A stretch of DNA of 64,000 nucleotides, from NCBI GenBank assembly GCA_963786935.1, contig CAWBAN010000002.1, positions 320,001-384,000 on the forward strand, in the 5' to 3' direction. The notes beneath the pieces were generated by a model that had not been told where the DNA came from, searched no databases, and worked only from the letters and a program-made list of their open reading frames with translations. This DNA is from an uncultured bacterium. GTDB lineage: Bacteria > Krumholzibacteriota > Krumholzibacteriia > Krumholzibacteriales > Krumholzibacteriaceae. Position numbers and translations under genes: made by a program. Positions 1 to 9,498 of the stretch are shown here, one piece after another. The first letter of the stretch is position 1, and each line of letters begins with the position of its first letter.

Positions 1-533
1 CGGGGATCGGCGCGGCGACGGCGGCGGAGATCATGAACTTCGCGTTCGGCGAGCCGCGCGCGTTCGTCGAGACGAATGTCCGCGCCGTCTTCATTCACCA
101 TTTCTTCCCGGGGAGAAAGAAGGTCGCCGACGCGGAGATCCTGCCGCTCGTCGAGACGACGCTCGACGCGCGGAATCCGCGCCGGTGGTTCTACGCGCTC
201 ATGGATTACGGCGTCGCGCTCAAGCGGAGCGGCCCCGATCCGTCGCGACGGAGCGCGCATTACGCGAAACAGGGAAGATTCGAGGGATCCGACCGGCAGG
301 CCCGGGGGCGCATCGTGCGGGCGCTCACGATGCGCGGCATGACGGAGCGCGGGCCCGCGAATCAGGGCATGAGCGAAGCGGAGCTCGCGAGGGAGACGGG
401 CCTGCGTGTCGAGCGGATCCGCGCCGTCGTGCCGGGGCTCGTGCGCGACGGGCTCGTCGAGCGCCGGGGCGCGCGGCTCGCTATCCCTTCTTGCGGCGCA
501 GCATCTTCGTCAGCGAGAACGTCACGAGCGTGA
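1..533 (+). CDS. mutY: HhH-GPD DNA glycosylase, short MutY-like (5' truncated by window edge)
   Basis: Frame open from the edge: GIGAATAAEI (HhH), FVETNVRAV, YALMDYG, QGRFEGSDRQARG; no Fe-S cysteine cluster. Confidence 0.75.
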   Translation, partial: GIGAATAAEIMNFAFGEPRAFVETNVRAVFIHHFFPGRKKVADAEILPLVETTLDARNPRRWFYALMDYGVALKRSGPDPSRRSAHYAKQGRFEGSDRQARGRIVRALTMRGMTERGPANQGMSEAELARETGLRVERIRAVVPGLVRDGLVERRGARLAIPSCGAASSSARTSRA

Positions 534-582
534 GCACGATGCCCCACCCGATGGCGAGGAAGATATAGCCCCCCGTCGTCAT
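481..582 (-). CDS. Small single-TM protein, MetS-like small subunit of the NSS transporter (33 aa)
   Basis: Translated by hand: MTTGGYIFLAIGWGIVLTLVTFSLTKMLRRKKG*; ATG overlaps the transporter TGA (ATGA); not in the ORF track. Confidence 0.75.
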   Translation of the reverse strand: MTTGGYIFLAIGWGIVLTLVTFSLTKMLRRKKG

Positions 583-2135
583 TCGGCGCTCCTTTCCTTC
601 GAAAAGCTGCCCCTGCGCGAGGCGATCGCGATGAAGATCGCGAAGCCGGCGACGATCGCAATCATGAGGAGTCGCGCTCCCCAGATGTAGGGGCGATCAC
701 CCGACGCCACCGCCTCCATCCGCAGGATCCTGAGGAGATCGGACTTCGCCCACGTGGCGAGGATGGCGATCAGGAAGAGCGGCGTGACGTATTTCATGAT
801 GTAGCGGTACACGGACGGCACCTTGATCTCGGCGCCTCTCGTGATCTCCTCCCACGCCTTGTTCCCGCCGAACACCCAGAAGAAGACGACGATCTCGATG
901 AACGCGAGCAGCACGACGCCGAAGGTGCCCGCCCAGAAGTCGAGCTCGTCCAGAAAGCCGTGAACGAGGAAGAACATGACGAGGTTGGCCGCGGCGAACG
1001 TGAAGACCGAGATCACGTTCACGGCCTTTTTCCTGCTCCATCCGAGCTCGTCCATGAAGAAGGTGACGGCGGGCAGGTTCAGCGCGACGGAGGAGGTGAC
1101 CCCGGCGATGAAGAGGAGGAAGAACCACATAAATCCGAAGACGTTCCCGAGCGGAAGGTGCTGGAAGACGATCGGCATCGACTGGAATCCGAGGTTGAAG
1201 GCGCCTCCCTGGGCGATCGCCTGCGTCGCCGCGACGCCGAAGAACGCGCACGCGATCGGGATCGCGATCGTGCCACCGCAGATGACCTCGCAGAACTCGT
1301 TCGTGCTCGCGGTCGCAACACCCGAGAGCGCCACGTCGTCGTTCTTCTTGAGGTAGCTCGCGTACGCCTGGATCGCGCCGAAGCCGACGCTCAGCGTGAA
1401 GAAGATCTGCCCCGCCGCGGCGAGCCAGACCTTTGGATTTCTCAACGCCCCGAGGTCGGGATTCCAGATGAAGCCGAGGCCGTTCACGACGCTCTGGTCC
1501 GGCTTCGAAGGATCGGGCGTGCCGAGTGTCAGCACCCGCACGACGAGGATGATCGCCATGACGATGAGGAGCGGCATGCCGATGTTGGCGAGCTTCTCGA
1601 TGCCGCCGCGGATGCCGCGCCGCAGCACGATATAGTTGATCGCCGCCGTCGCGATGAAGAAGAAGTAGGCCCAATAGATGCCGCTGAAGTAGCTGTTGCT
1701 CTCGATTCCCTGATATCCGTGCAGGAAGCCCCCCATCGCCTCCTGCGTCGTCGCGCCGTTGTACTTGCCGGCGAGGGAGAAGAAGGAGAATCCGAGCGTC
1801 CACGACTCGACGACGACGTAGTAGATGAAGATCGTGATGGGCAGCAGCAGGCCGATGACGCCGAAGTACTTCGCCGCGGGGTGGCGCCAGAGGAGCTGGA
1901 ATATCCCCGGCATCGTGCCGTGCCCCTGATTCCCGCCGAAGCGTCCCATCGCGAGCTCCGTCCACATGAGCGGAATGCCGACGAGAAAGAGCGCGACGAA
2001 GTAGGGGATCATGAACGCGCCGCCGCCGTTCCCGGCGGCCTGTACGGGAAATCGCAGGAAGTTGCCGAGGCCTACGGCGTTCCCGGCGAGCGCGAGGATC
2101 AAACCGATCTTCGTTCCCCAGCGTTCTCGTTCCAT
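579..2135 (-). CDS. Sodium-dependent transporter, NSS/SNF (LeuT-like) family
   Basis: RERWGTK, AGNAVGLGNFLRFP, GGGAFMIPY, AAAGQIFFTLS; about 12 TM segments; start at MERERW overlaps the upstream TGA. Confidence 0.93.
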   Translation of the reverse strand: MERERWGTKIGLILALAGNAVGLGNFLRFPVQAAGNGGGAFMIPYFVALFLVGIPLMWTELAMGRFGGNQGHGTMPGIFQLLWRHPAAKYFGVIGLLLPITIFIYYVVVESWTLGFSFFSLAGKYNGATTQEAMGGFLHGYQGIESNSYFSGIYWAYFFFIATAAINYIVLRRGIRGGIEKLANIGMPLLIVMAIILVVRVLTLGTPDPSKPDQSVVNGLGFIWNPDLGALRNPKVWLAAAGQIFFTLSVGFGAIQAYASYLKKNDDVALSGVATASTNEFCEVICGGTIAIPIACAFFGVAATQAIAQGGAFNLGFQSMPIVFQHLPLGNVFGFMWFFLLFIAGVTSSVALNLPAVTFFMDELGWSRKKAVNVISVFTFAAANLVMFFLVHGFLDELDFWAGTFGVVLLAFIEIVVFFWVFGGNKAWEEITRGAEIKVPSVYRYIMKYVTPLFLIAILATWAKSDLLRILRMEAVASGDRPYIWGARLLMIAIVAGFAIFIAIASRRGSFSKERSAE

Positions 2136-2614
2136 CAATTCCTCCCGAGTCTGGTCTCGATCGTCTTCACTTCGTTCGTCATCGCCTGAAAGTGGCCCCC
2201 CTCCCAGTAGACCCGTCCGCACGCGGGGCAGCGGTGAAAGCGGTGGAAATCCCGCTCGACACCCGGCGGAACGCGCCCCTTCACCGATTCCTCCGGCGCC
2301 TCGACGAGCTGCTCGTTGCATTCGAGGCACCGCGTGAACGGCTCGAACCGGGGGACCTCGCCGAGCGCGGCGAAGAGCTCGACGATCTGCTCGAGCGTGC
2401 CGGCGGAGGAGAGGATCACGGGGCGAGCACCGGGGCGGTCTCCCATCGTCCGCGCCCGCGTGACCGCCGTTCTCCCCTCCTTCATCGCGTTAACGAGGAA
2501 GCGCCCCGTCTCCCCCTCGGGGTTGAGCTTCGCGTCCACGCCGAGCATGCGCAGCTTGACGCACAGCTTTCCGAGCATGCGGTCGAGGAGGAACGAACGC
2601 GATTGTTGCCGCAT
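2135..2614 (-). CDS. Mut7-C RNase domain protein (PIN fold + Zn ribbon)
   Basis: FLLDRMLGKL..LRMLG; FTRCLECN ... CPACGRVYWEGGH. Confidence 0.85.
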   Translation of the reverse strand: MRQQSRSFLLDRMLGKLCVKLRMLGVDAKLNPEGETGRFLVNAMKEGRTAVTRARTMGDRPGARPVILSSAGTLEQIVELFAALGEVPRFEPFTRCLECNEQLVEAPEESVKGRVPPGVERDFHRFHRCPACGRVYWEGGHFQAMTNEVKTIETRLGRN

Positions 2615-2634
2615 GGCAGCGCTCCTTTTTCTGC

Positions 2635-2663
2635 TTGACAGCATACCAGATAACGCGGAATAT
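2635..2663 (+). promoter_or_regulatory. Putative sigma70 promoter of the small Zn-ribbon gene
   Basis: TTGACA-N17-GAATAT. Confidence 0.5.
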
Positions 2664-2760
2664 GTGGAAGCTTCAAAACGCGCGAACAGTGGTTACGGTC
2701 GGGATTCTGTGGAGACGGAGGTGAAACAGCCGGTTCGCAGGGGAGGAACCGCGGGGGTAT

Positions 2761-2952
2761 ATGTCGGAAAATTTCACAGGCTGTCTGAAGTGCAACAAAG
2801 GTATTCTTCTCCCCCTCTCGGATTACGGGAGAGACGGCGCGCCCATCCGCTACAAGGCGTGGGTGTGCAATAATCCGGAGTGCGGATTCAACATTCGAAT
2901 CGACAACGGGGAAATCAGCATCGGCAAGGAGCTATCGTTCTCGAGCAAGTAG
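2761..2952 (+). CDS. Small Zn-ribbon hypothetical protein (63 aa)
   Basis: CLKC...LPLSDYG..YKAWVCNNPECGF; G-rich RBS, own promoter and terminator. Confidence 0.8.
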   Translation: MSENFTGCLKCNKGILLPLSDYGRDGAPIRYKAWVCNNPECGFNIRIDNGEISIGKELSFSSK

Positions 2953-2971
2953 GGATTCAAAATATCTTGGG

Positions 2972-2999
2972 AAAAAAGGGGCCTCCGGGCCCCTTTTTT
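2972..2999. terminator. Bidirectional intrinsic terminator
   Basis: AAAAAAGGGGCC-TCCG-GGCCCCTTTTTT between convergent genes. Confidence 0.85.
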
Positions 3000-3840
3000 A
3001 TTGCCACGCCGGCCGGTGGCGGCGGTGCAGGAGCCAGATCGCCGTCACGAGCACGGCGAGCGAGAGAAGCGTCATTCTCCAATCGGGAGCGACGACCTTC
3101 GCCGCGACGATCTCCTCCTCGGTCGTTCCGTAGAGCCTCACGAGCATCACGAGGTTGTAGAGCCCGTGCGCCGCGATCGGATACCAGAGATTGCCCGTCC
3201 GGTAGAAGAGGTAGCCGAAGAGAATGCCGAGCGCCGCGACGCCCGGAATCACCGGCGGATTAAAGTGGCTCAGCGAAAAGAGAATGCCGGCGAGCGCGAC
3301 GGCGAGCGGGCCGCTCATGTTGCGCTGGAAGATCCGCTGGATGAAGCCGCGGAAGAGGAGCTCCTCGGTGACCGCCGCGACGAGCACGATGCCGAGCCCG
3401 ACGAGGAGAAACGCGCCGGGCCCTTTGGGCTTGATTGAGAGGATGAAGCTGGTATAATCGGCATCCGGCGGCCACATTCGCTCGAACACGCTCGAGAACG
3501 CCTCGACGGGGAGGATCGCCGCCGCGGCGATGACGACGACGAGCCCCGCGGTCGCGAAATCGGGACGGGCGAACGAGAACTCCCGCGCGAACCCGAGCAG
3601 GGACCGGCGCGAGAGAAAATAGAAGGGGACGAGAATCGAGAAGATCCCCGGCAGCGCGAGCGAGAGAACGATCCGGCCGTTGAAGTAGAGAAGCCCCGCG
3701 AGCGAATAGTTCATGAGGAGACAGGCGAGCGCGTACACGAGCAGGAGATAGTTGTTGATCCTGCCGAATATGCCCGGCGCGGACTCTTCCGGCTCGGGGG
3801 ATTCGCGATGTTCGCCGTTGTCGTCACGCTGATCCTGCAT
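2998..3840 (-). CDS. CPBP/Abi (CAAX protease-like) intramembrane metalloprotease
   Basis: EELLFRG, FSLSH, AHGLYN motifs; multiple TM segments. Confidence 0.9.
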   Translation of the reverse strand: MQDQRDDNGEHRESPEPEESAPGIFGRINNYLLLVYALACLLMNYSLAGLLYFNGRIVLSLALPGIFSILVPFYFLSRRSLLGFAREFSFARPDFATAGLVVVIAAAAILPVEAFSSVFERMWPPDADYTSFILSIKPKGPGAFLLVGLGIVLVAAVTEELLFRGFIQRIFQRNMSGPLAVALAGILFSLSHFNPPVIPGVAALGILFGYLFYRTGNLWYPIAAHGLYNLVMLVRLYGTTEEEIVAAKVVAPDWRMTLLSLAVLVTAIWLLHRRHRPAWQ

Positions 3841-3890
3841 CGCTCCAGTATATCGGCGCATCGCGCCGCGGACAAGGAGAAAGGCGCTCG

Positions 3891-4601
3891 ATGATCAAGC
3901 TCGTCATCTTCGACCTCGACAACACGCTCACCGATTTCCTCCGCATGAAGGAGGTCTCGATCGAGGCCGCCATTCAGGCGATGATCGATGCGGGGCTCCT
4001 CGTCCCGCCGGACCGCATCCGCGAGGAGATCAACAGGATCTACAAGGACGAGGGGATCGAATACCAGAAGGTGTTCAACAAGCTCCTCGTGAAGCTCAAC
4101 GGCGAGGTCGACTACAAAATCCTCGCGGCCGGCATCGTCGGCTACCGCCGCGCGCGCGAGGCGGCGCTCGTCCTCTACCCGCACGTGCGCGTGACGCTCA
4201 TCCAGCTCCTCGGCAGGGGGCTCAAGCTCGCCGTCATTTCGGACGCGCCCCGGCAGGAGGCGTGGCTCAGGCTCTGCTACCTCCAGCTTCACCACATGTT
4301 CGACATGGTGATCACGTACGAGGACACGGGGGAGTACAAGCCGAGCCCGGCCCCCTTCCGGATGGTGCTCGACAAGATGGGGATCAAGCCCTCGGAGGCG
4401 CTCATGGTCGGCGACTGGCCGGAGCGCGACATCGTCGGCGCGGCGGAGCTCGGCATCAAGACGGTATTCGCGCGGTACGGCGACACCTTCGGCACGATGG
4501 AATCGGGCGCCGATTTCGAGATATCGGACGCGTACGCGCTCATCAAGATCGTCGACGACCTCAATCGGAGGGATGCTCCCGCCGCGGGCGGGACGCGATG
4601 A
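3891..4601 (+). CDS. HAD-superfamily hydrolase (subfamily IA)
   Basis: FDLDNTL, KPSP, MVGDWPERDI. Confidence 0.9.
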   Translation: MIKLVIFDLDNTLTDFLRMKEVSIEAAIQAMIDAGLLVPPDRIREEINRIYKDEGIEYQKVFNKLLVKLNGEVDYKILAAGIVGYRRAREAALVLYPHVRVTLIQLLGRGLKLAVISDAPRQEAWLRLCYLQLHHMFDMVITYEDTGEYKPSPAPFRMVLDKMGIKPSEALMVGDWPERDIVGAAELGIKTVFARYGDTFGTMESGADFEISDAYALIKIVDDLNRRDAPAAGGTR

Positions 4602-4614
4602 AAGGAACGTTCGC

Positions 4615-6171
4615 ATGAAGATCGTGACCGGCGCAGAGATGCGCCGGATCGACGAGGCGACGATCAGCCGTTTCGTCACCGGCGTGGCCCTCATGGAGCG
4701 CGCGGGGCAGCGCGTGTTCGAGCAGATCGAGTCGACCTTCCCCGCGCTCGATTCCGTGTGCGTGTCGATTTTCCTCGGGCGCGGGAACAACGCCGGGGAC
4801 GGCCTCGTCGTCGCGCGGCTCCTCGCCGAGCGCGGCGCGCGGGTGATTCTCCTTTATGTGCGCCCGCCCGAGGAGTTTTCGCCGGACGCGGCGAAGAACC
4901 ACTCGCGGCTCGCTTCGCTCGACGGCGCGAAGATCGTCGAGGTGTTCCTCACGCTCTCGGGCTGGCAGGAGCTCGCGCGCAAGGCGCTCGAAGATTCCGA
5001 TCTCATCGTGGACGCGCTCCTCGGGACCGGCCTCAACAAGGCGGTCGGGGAGGATTACGCCGCGGCGATCGACCTCATGAACGGGAGCGATCTCCCGATC
5101 CTCTCCGTGGACATCCCCTCGGGCGTGAACGCCGACACGGGGGAGATCATGGGATCCGCGGTCGCCGCCGACACGACGGTCACGATGGGGCTCCCCAAGA
5201 TCGGCTGCCTCTTCTATCCGGGGAAGGGCGCCGCGGGGGATCTCGTCGTCGGCGATATCGGCGTTCCGGCCGAGGTGATCGAGGAGCAGGAGATCCGGTG
5301 CGAAACGCTCGATCTCGCCCGCGCGGTGGAGGATCTCCCCCTGCGGGAGCCCACGGCGCACAAGTTCGCGTGCGGCTCGCTCCTCGTCGTCGCGGGGAGC
5401 AGGCGCTACGCGGGGGCGGCGTCGCTCACCGCGATCTCGGCGTTGAAGACCGGCTGCGGCATCGTGTACTGCGCGGGGCCGGAGTCGATCCGCACCGTCG
5501 TGCAGGGGGCGGCGCCCGAAGTGATATTCGTCGCGCTTCCGGAGACCGCCGCCGGCTCCCTCGCCGCGGCGGGCGTGCTCAAGCTCCTCGAAGAGATCCG
5601 CTACGACGCGCTCGCGATCGGGCCGGGGCTCACGACGGAGCCCGACACGGCGAAGGTCGTGCGCTCGATGCTCGATCGCTGCCCAAAGCCCATGCTCATC
5701 GACGCTGACGGGCTCAACGCGCTCGAGGCGCGCTTCGCCGATATCGTCCGTGCGTCGAAGGTCAAGGAGATCGTCATCACGCCGCACGCCGGGGAGCTGA
5801 AACGGCTCGCGGGCGAGAGCGCGCCGGATCTTCCCGTGCCGCGGATCGAATGGCTCCGCGAGCTCGTGCGGGACACCGGTGTCACGGTCGTGCACAAGGG
5901 CGCGCCGACCGTCGTCGTCAATCCCGACGGGAGCGCCGGCGTCTGCGTGAACGGCCATCCGGGGCAGGCGACCGCGGGGAGCGGGGACGTGCTGAGCGGC
6001 GCCATCGCGGGTTTCCTCGCGCAGGGGGCCGGCGCCGCGCGCGCGGCCCGGCTCGGCGTGTATCTGCACTCGCGCGCCGCCGAGATCGCCGCGCTCGATA
6101 CGGGCGAGCGCGGGATGATCGCGGGAGACTGCATGCGGGCGCTTCCCGCCGCCCTCAAGGAGCTGGAGTGA
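4615..6171 (+). CDS. nnr: Bifunctional NAD(P)H-hydrate epimerase/dehydratase
   Basis: GRGNNAGDG, DALLGTG, DIPSG, IDADGLN, TPHAGE, GSGDVLSG. Confidence 0.93.
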   Translation: MKIVTGAEMRRIDEATISRFVTGVALMERAGQRVFEQIESTFPALDSVCVSIFLGRGNNAGDGLVVARLLAERGARVILLYVRPPEEFSPDAAKNHSRLASLDGAKIVEVFLTLSGWQELARKALEDSDLIVDALLGTGLNKAVGEDYAAAIDLMNGSDLPILSVDIPSGVNADTGEIMGSAVAADTTVTMGLPKIGCLFYPGKGAAGDLVVGDIGVPAEVIEEQEIRCETLDLARAVEDLPLREPTAHKFACGSLLVVAGSRRYAGAASLTAISALKTGCGIVYCAGPESIRTVVQGAAPEVIFVALPETAAGSLAAAGVLKLLEEIRYDALAIGPGLTTEPDTAKVVRSMLDRCPKPMLIDADGLNALEARFADIVRASKVKEIVITPHAGELKRLAGESAPDLPVPRIEWLRELVRDTGVTVVHKGAPTVVVNPDGSAGVCVNGHPGQATAGSGDVLSGAIAGFLAQGAGAARAARLGVYLHSRAAEIAALDTGERGMIAGDCMRALPAALKELE

Positions 6172-6191
6172 GCCGCGAGGCTCGCGGAATC

Positions 6192-7268
6192 ATGAGAGAG
6201 CTCGAGGTCATCGATCGCCTCCGACGCGCGTTTCCCGACTGCGGCATCGGGGACGACGCCGCGGTGCTCCCCGCGCCGCGCGGGGAGATGCTCTTCGCGG
6301 CGGACGCCGCCGTCGAAGCGGTGCACTTCGACCGCGGGTTCTGCACCCTGAGCCAGGCCGTCCAGAAGCTCGTCACTTCCAACGTCTCGGATATATTCGC
6401 CATGGGAGGATCGCCGGGATCGATCGTTTTCACCGCGGCGCTCCCCCCGGGCTGCACCCCCGCCGACGTCGATTCGATTATCGACGGGTTGCGGCGGGCC
6501 TGCACGCAGTACGGCATCAAGCTCGCCGGCGGGGACACCGTATCGAGCCCCCACGGGTTCTGCTTCAACGTCGCGATCGTCGGTGAAGCGCCGCGCGGCC
6601 GGTCGGTGCTGCGCTCGGGCGCGCGAGTCGGAGACGCGCTCGTGCTCTTCGGGGAGATCGGGCTGTCGCGCGCGGGGCTGGACATTCTCTCGCGCTCTCT
6701 CGAAGAGCCTGCGTCCGGTCTCGGGGACGCGCTTCCGCTCGTGTCGATCGCGTCGTCGCCCGCGGAGCTCGAGCGCCTCACGCGCGCTCTTGGATGGATT
6801 CCCCGCGCGCACGAAGCCGCGCGCTGCATTCAGCGTCACCTTGTTCCCCTCGCCATCCCGCTCGACGCCGCCCTGCTGGATGCCGATCCCCCGTGCGTCA
6901 CGGCGATGATCGATATCTCCGACGGGCTCGGAAAGGATCTGCGCACCCTGTGCGCCGAGAGCGGCGTCGGCGCCGTGATAGACGAAGAGTCCTTGCCGAT
7001 TCCTCCCGCGATCGGCGCGTTCCGCGGGCTCGAGGGAGAGGCGTTGATCGACTTCGCCCTCTCGAGCGGCGAGGAGTACGTGCTGCTCGCGGGGATATCG
7101 CCCGAAGCCGTCGGGCGGCTCAGAGCCGGCGTCGCCGCGCGGGGCGAGGCTGCGGGAGCCGCGACGGTGATCGGCGTGACGGTTCCCGCGGATAAGGGGA
7201 TCACGCTGATCGGCGGGAGCGGGAATAAACGCTCGATGCCGAAGCTCGGTTACGAGCACGCGTTTTGA
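6192..7268 (+). CDS. thiL: Thiamine-monophosphate kinase
   Basis: GIGDDAA, NVSDIFAMGG, GGDT, MIDISDGL, GEEYVL. Confidence 0.9.
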   Translation: MRELEVIDRLRRAFPDCGIGDDAAVLPAPRGEMLFAADAAVEAVHFDRGFCTLSQAVQKLVTSNVSDIFAMGGSPGSIVFTAALPPGCTPADVDSIIDGLRRACTQYGIKLAGGDTVSSPHGFCFNVAIVGEAPRGRSVLRSGARVGDALVLFGEIGLSRAGLDILSRSLEEPASGLGDALPLVSIASSPAELERLTRALGWIPRAHEAARCIQRHLVPLAIPLDAALLDADPPCVTAMIDISDGLGKDLRTLCAESGVGAVIDEESLPIPPAIGAFRGLEGEALIDFALSSGEEYVLLAGISPEAVGRLRAGVAARGEAAGAATVIGVTVPADKGITLIGGSGNKRSMPKLGYEHAF

Positions 7269-7282
7269 GAAGAAAGGCCTCG

Positions 7283-7891
7283 ATGCATCTCTATCTCCTC
7301 CGCCACGGCCAGACCGACTGGAACAGGGATCACAGGATTATGGGGACGGGACCCATCCCGCTCAACGAGAGCGGACGGGACATGGTGGCCGAGCTCGCCC
7401 GCGCGCTCAAGCCGAAAGGCATCTCGATCGTCTTTACGAGCACGGTCGCGCGCGCCTTCGAGAGCGCGTGCATTCTCGCCGGCGAATGGGGCGCGGAGCT
7501 CCGGGAAGAGCCGCGGCTCAACGAGTCGCCCTTCGAGCCGTGGATCGGGAAGACCTATCACGAGCTCGCCCACGACGAGAACTTCAAGCTCTACTTCGAC
7601 AAACCGACCCGCGCCCGCTTCTCGAACGGCGAGGGGATGGCCGATATCCAGCGCCGGGCCCTCGAAGCGGTGGAGCACATCCGGAAGGAGACGGGGACGG
7701 GGCGCGCCGCCGCCGTCTCCCACAGCGACGTCATCAAGCCGGTGCTCGCGCATTACCTCGGCATGGATCTCGATACGATCCACCGGCTCGCCGTCGCGAA
7801 CGCGTCGGCCTCGCTCGTCGATTTCAGCGAGGCGCCGCCGCGGATCCGCTACATCAATATGGCGCCGTGGCAGTGGCGCGATGCACCGTGA
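7283..7891 (+). CDS. Histidine phosphatase (phosphoglycerate mutase-like)
   Basis: LLRHGQTDWN; VSH. Confidence 0.9.
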   Translation: MHLYLLRHGQTDWNRDHRIMGTGPIPLNESGRDMVAELARALKPKGISIVFTSTVARAFESACILAGEWGAELREEPRLNESPFEPWIGKTYHELAHDENFKLYFDKPTRARFSNGEGMADIQRRALEAVEHIRKETGTGRAAAVSHSDVIKPVLAHYLGMDLDTIHRLAVANASASLVDFSEAPPRIRYINMAPWQWRDAP

Positions 7892-8010
7892 GGGAGCTCG
7901 CCCGGCACGGTCCAGAATTGTGTTGACGGGCCCGGCCCGGTGCGGTTAGGAATTATGCCGAAGGCGTGGACAGCCCCTGCATTCGAACCATTTCCTACAG
8001 GAGAGACCCC

Positions 8011-9426
8011 ATGAACGGATCCCCCCGTCAGGTACTGGAATTTTCCAAATCGAAGGGCGCCGAGTTCGTCGACATCAAGTTCATCGACTTTCCGGGCAGG
8101 TGGCAGCATTTCACGATTCCCGCCTCGCGGCTCTCCGAGGAGACGTTCGCCGAAGGCATCCCGTTCGACGGCTCGAGCATCCGCGGCTGGAAGAACATCA
8201 ACGAAAGCGACATGCTCGTCATTCCCGACGCGTCCGCCGTTTTCATGGATCCGTTCTGCTCGCACCCGACCCTGAGCATCATCGGGGATATCCACGATCC
8301 GATCACCCGGGAGCCGTACGCGCGCGATCCGCGTTACATCGCGCGCAAGGCGGAGCGGCATCTCGCGAGCACGGGCCTCGCCGATCGCGCCTACCTCGGG
8401 CCCGAGGCGGAGTTCTTCATCCTCGACGACGCGCGCTTCGCGCAGGACGAGCACAGCGCATTCTACTCGGTCGATTCCATCGAGGGCGTCTGGAACTCGG
8501 GGCGCGACGAGGGGCCGAACCTCGCGTACAAATCGCGGCTCAAAGAGGGCTATTTCCCCGTGCCGCCGAGCGATTCGCTCCAGGATCTCCGGAGCGAGAT
8601 CGTGAAGAACCTCACGGCGTGCGGCCTCGTCTGCGAGGTGCAGCACCACGAAGTGGCGACGGGGCAGAGCGAGATCGGGCTCCGGTTCGACACCATCGTG
8701 CGGATGGCCGACGCGCTGTCGATCTTCAAGTACGTCGTCAAGAACACGGCGCGCGCGTTCGGGAAGACGGCCACCTTCATGCCGAAGCCGATATTCGGCG
8801 ACAACGGCTCGGGGATGCACGTGCACATCTCGCTCTGGCGCGGCGACAAGAACCTCTTCGCGGGCCCCGAGTACGGGGGATTGAGCGAAACGGCGCTCTA
8901 CTTCATCGGAGGCCTCATCGCGAACGCCCACGCGCTCCTCGGCATCACGAACCCGTCGACGATCTCGTACAAGCGGCTCGTCCCGGGCTTCGAGGCGCCG
9001 GTGAATCTCGCCTACTCCCAGCGGAACCGGAGCGCGGCGATCAGGATCCCCGTGACCTCCGGCAAGACCGAGGCGAAGCGGGTCGAGTTCCGTTGCCCCG
9101 ATTCGACGGGGAATCCATACCTCGCCTTCGCGGCCATCCTCATGGCGGGGCTCGACGGCATCGAAAATCGCAGGCATCCGGGCGAGCCGCTCGACAAGAA
9201 CATCTACGATATGCCCCCGTCGGAGCTCGCGAACGTGAAGAAGACGTGCGCCGATTTCCCCGCGGCGCTCGCCGCGCTCGAAGCGGGGCACGAGTTCCTC
9301 CTCAAGGGGGACGTGTTCACCGAGGACGTGATCCGCACCTGGATCGATTACAAACGCGAGAACGAGGTCGTGCCGGTGATGATCCGGCCGAACCCGTTCG
9401 AATTTTGCATCTATTTTGATGTATAA
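8011..9426 (+). CDS. glnA: Glutamine synthetase type I (adenylylatable)
   Basis: FDGSSI, HHEVA, TFMPKP, NGSGMHVH, YKRLVPGFEAP, NRSAAIRIP; KNIYD adenylylation Tyr. Confidence 0.97.
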   Translation: MNGSPRQVLEFSKSKGAEFVDIKFIDFPGRWQHFTIPASRLSEETFAEGIPFDGSSIRGWKNINESDMLVIPDASAVFMDPFCSHPTLSIIGDIHDPITREPYARDPRYIARKAERHLASTGLADRAYLGPEAEFFILDDARFAQDEHSAFYSVDSIEGVWNSGRDEGPNLAYKSRLKEGYFPVPPSDSLQDLRSEIVKNLTACGLVCEVQHHEVATGQSEIGLRFDTIVRMADALSIFKYVVKNTARAFGKTATFMPKPIFGDNGSGMHVHISLWRGDKNLFAGPEYGGLSETALYFIGGLIANAHALLGITNPSTISYKRLVPGFEAPVNLAYSQRNRSAAIRIPVTSGKTEAKRVEFRCPDSTGNPYLAFAAILMAGLDGIENRRHPGEPLDKNIYDMPPSELANVKKTCADFPAALAALEAGHEFLLKGDVFTEDVIRTWIDYKRENEVVPVMIRPNPFEFCIYFDV

Positions 9427-9498
9427 TGGCGCCGAGGCCGCGACGCGCGGCGACATCGAGGCGGCGTCCGCGCCGCGTCGAAATAGAAGCTGGTGCGC

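Noticed and set aside
7895..7960. sigma54 promoter for glnA (CGGCAC...)
   Set aside because: No TTGC at the required spacing; only a weak TTGACG sigma70-like element
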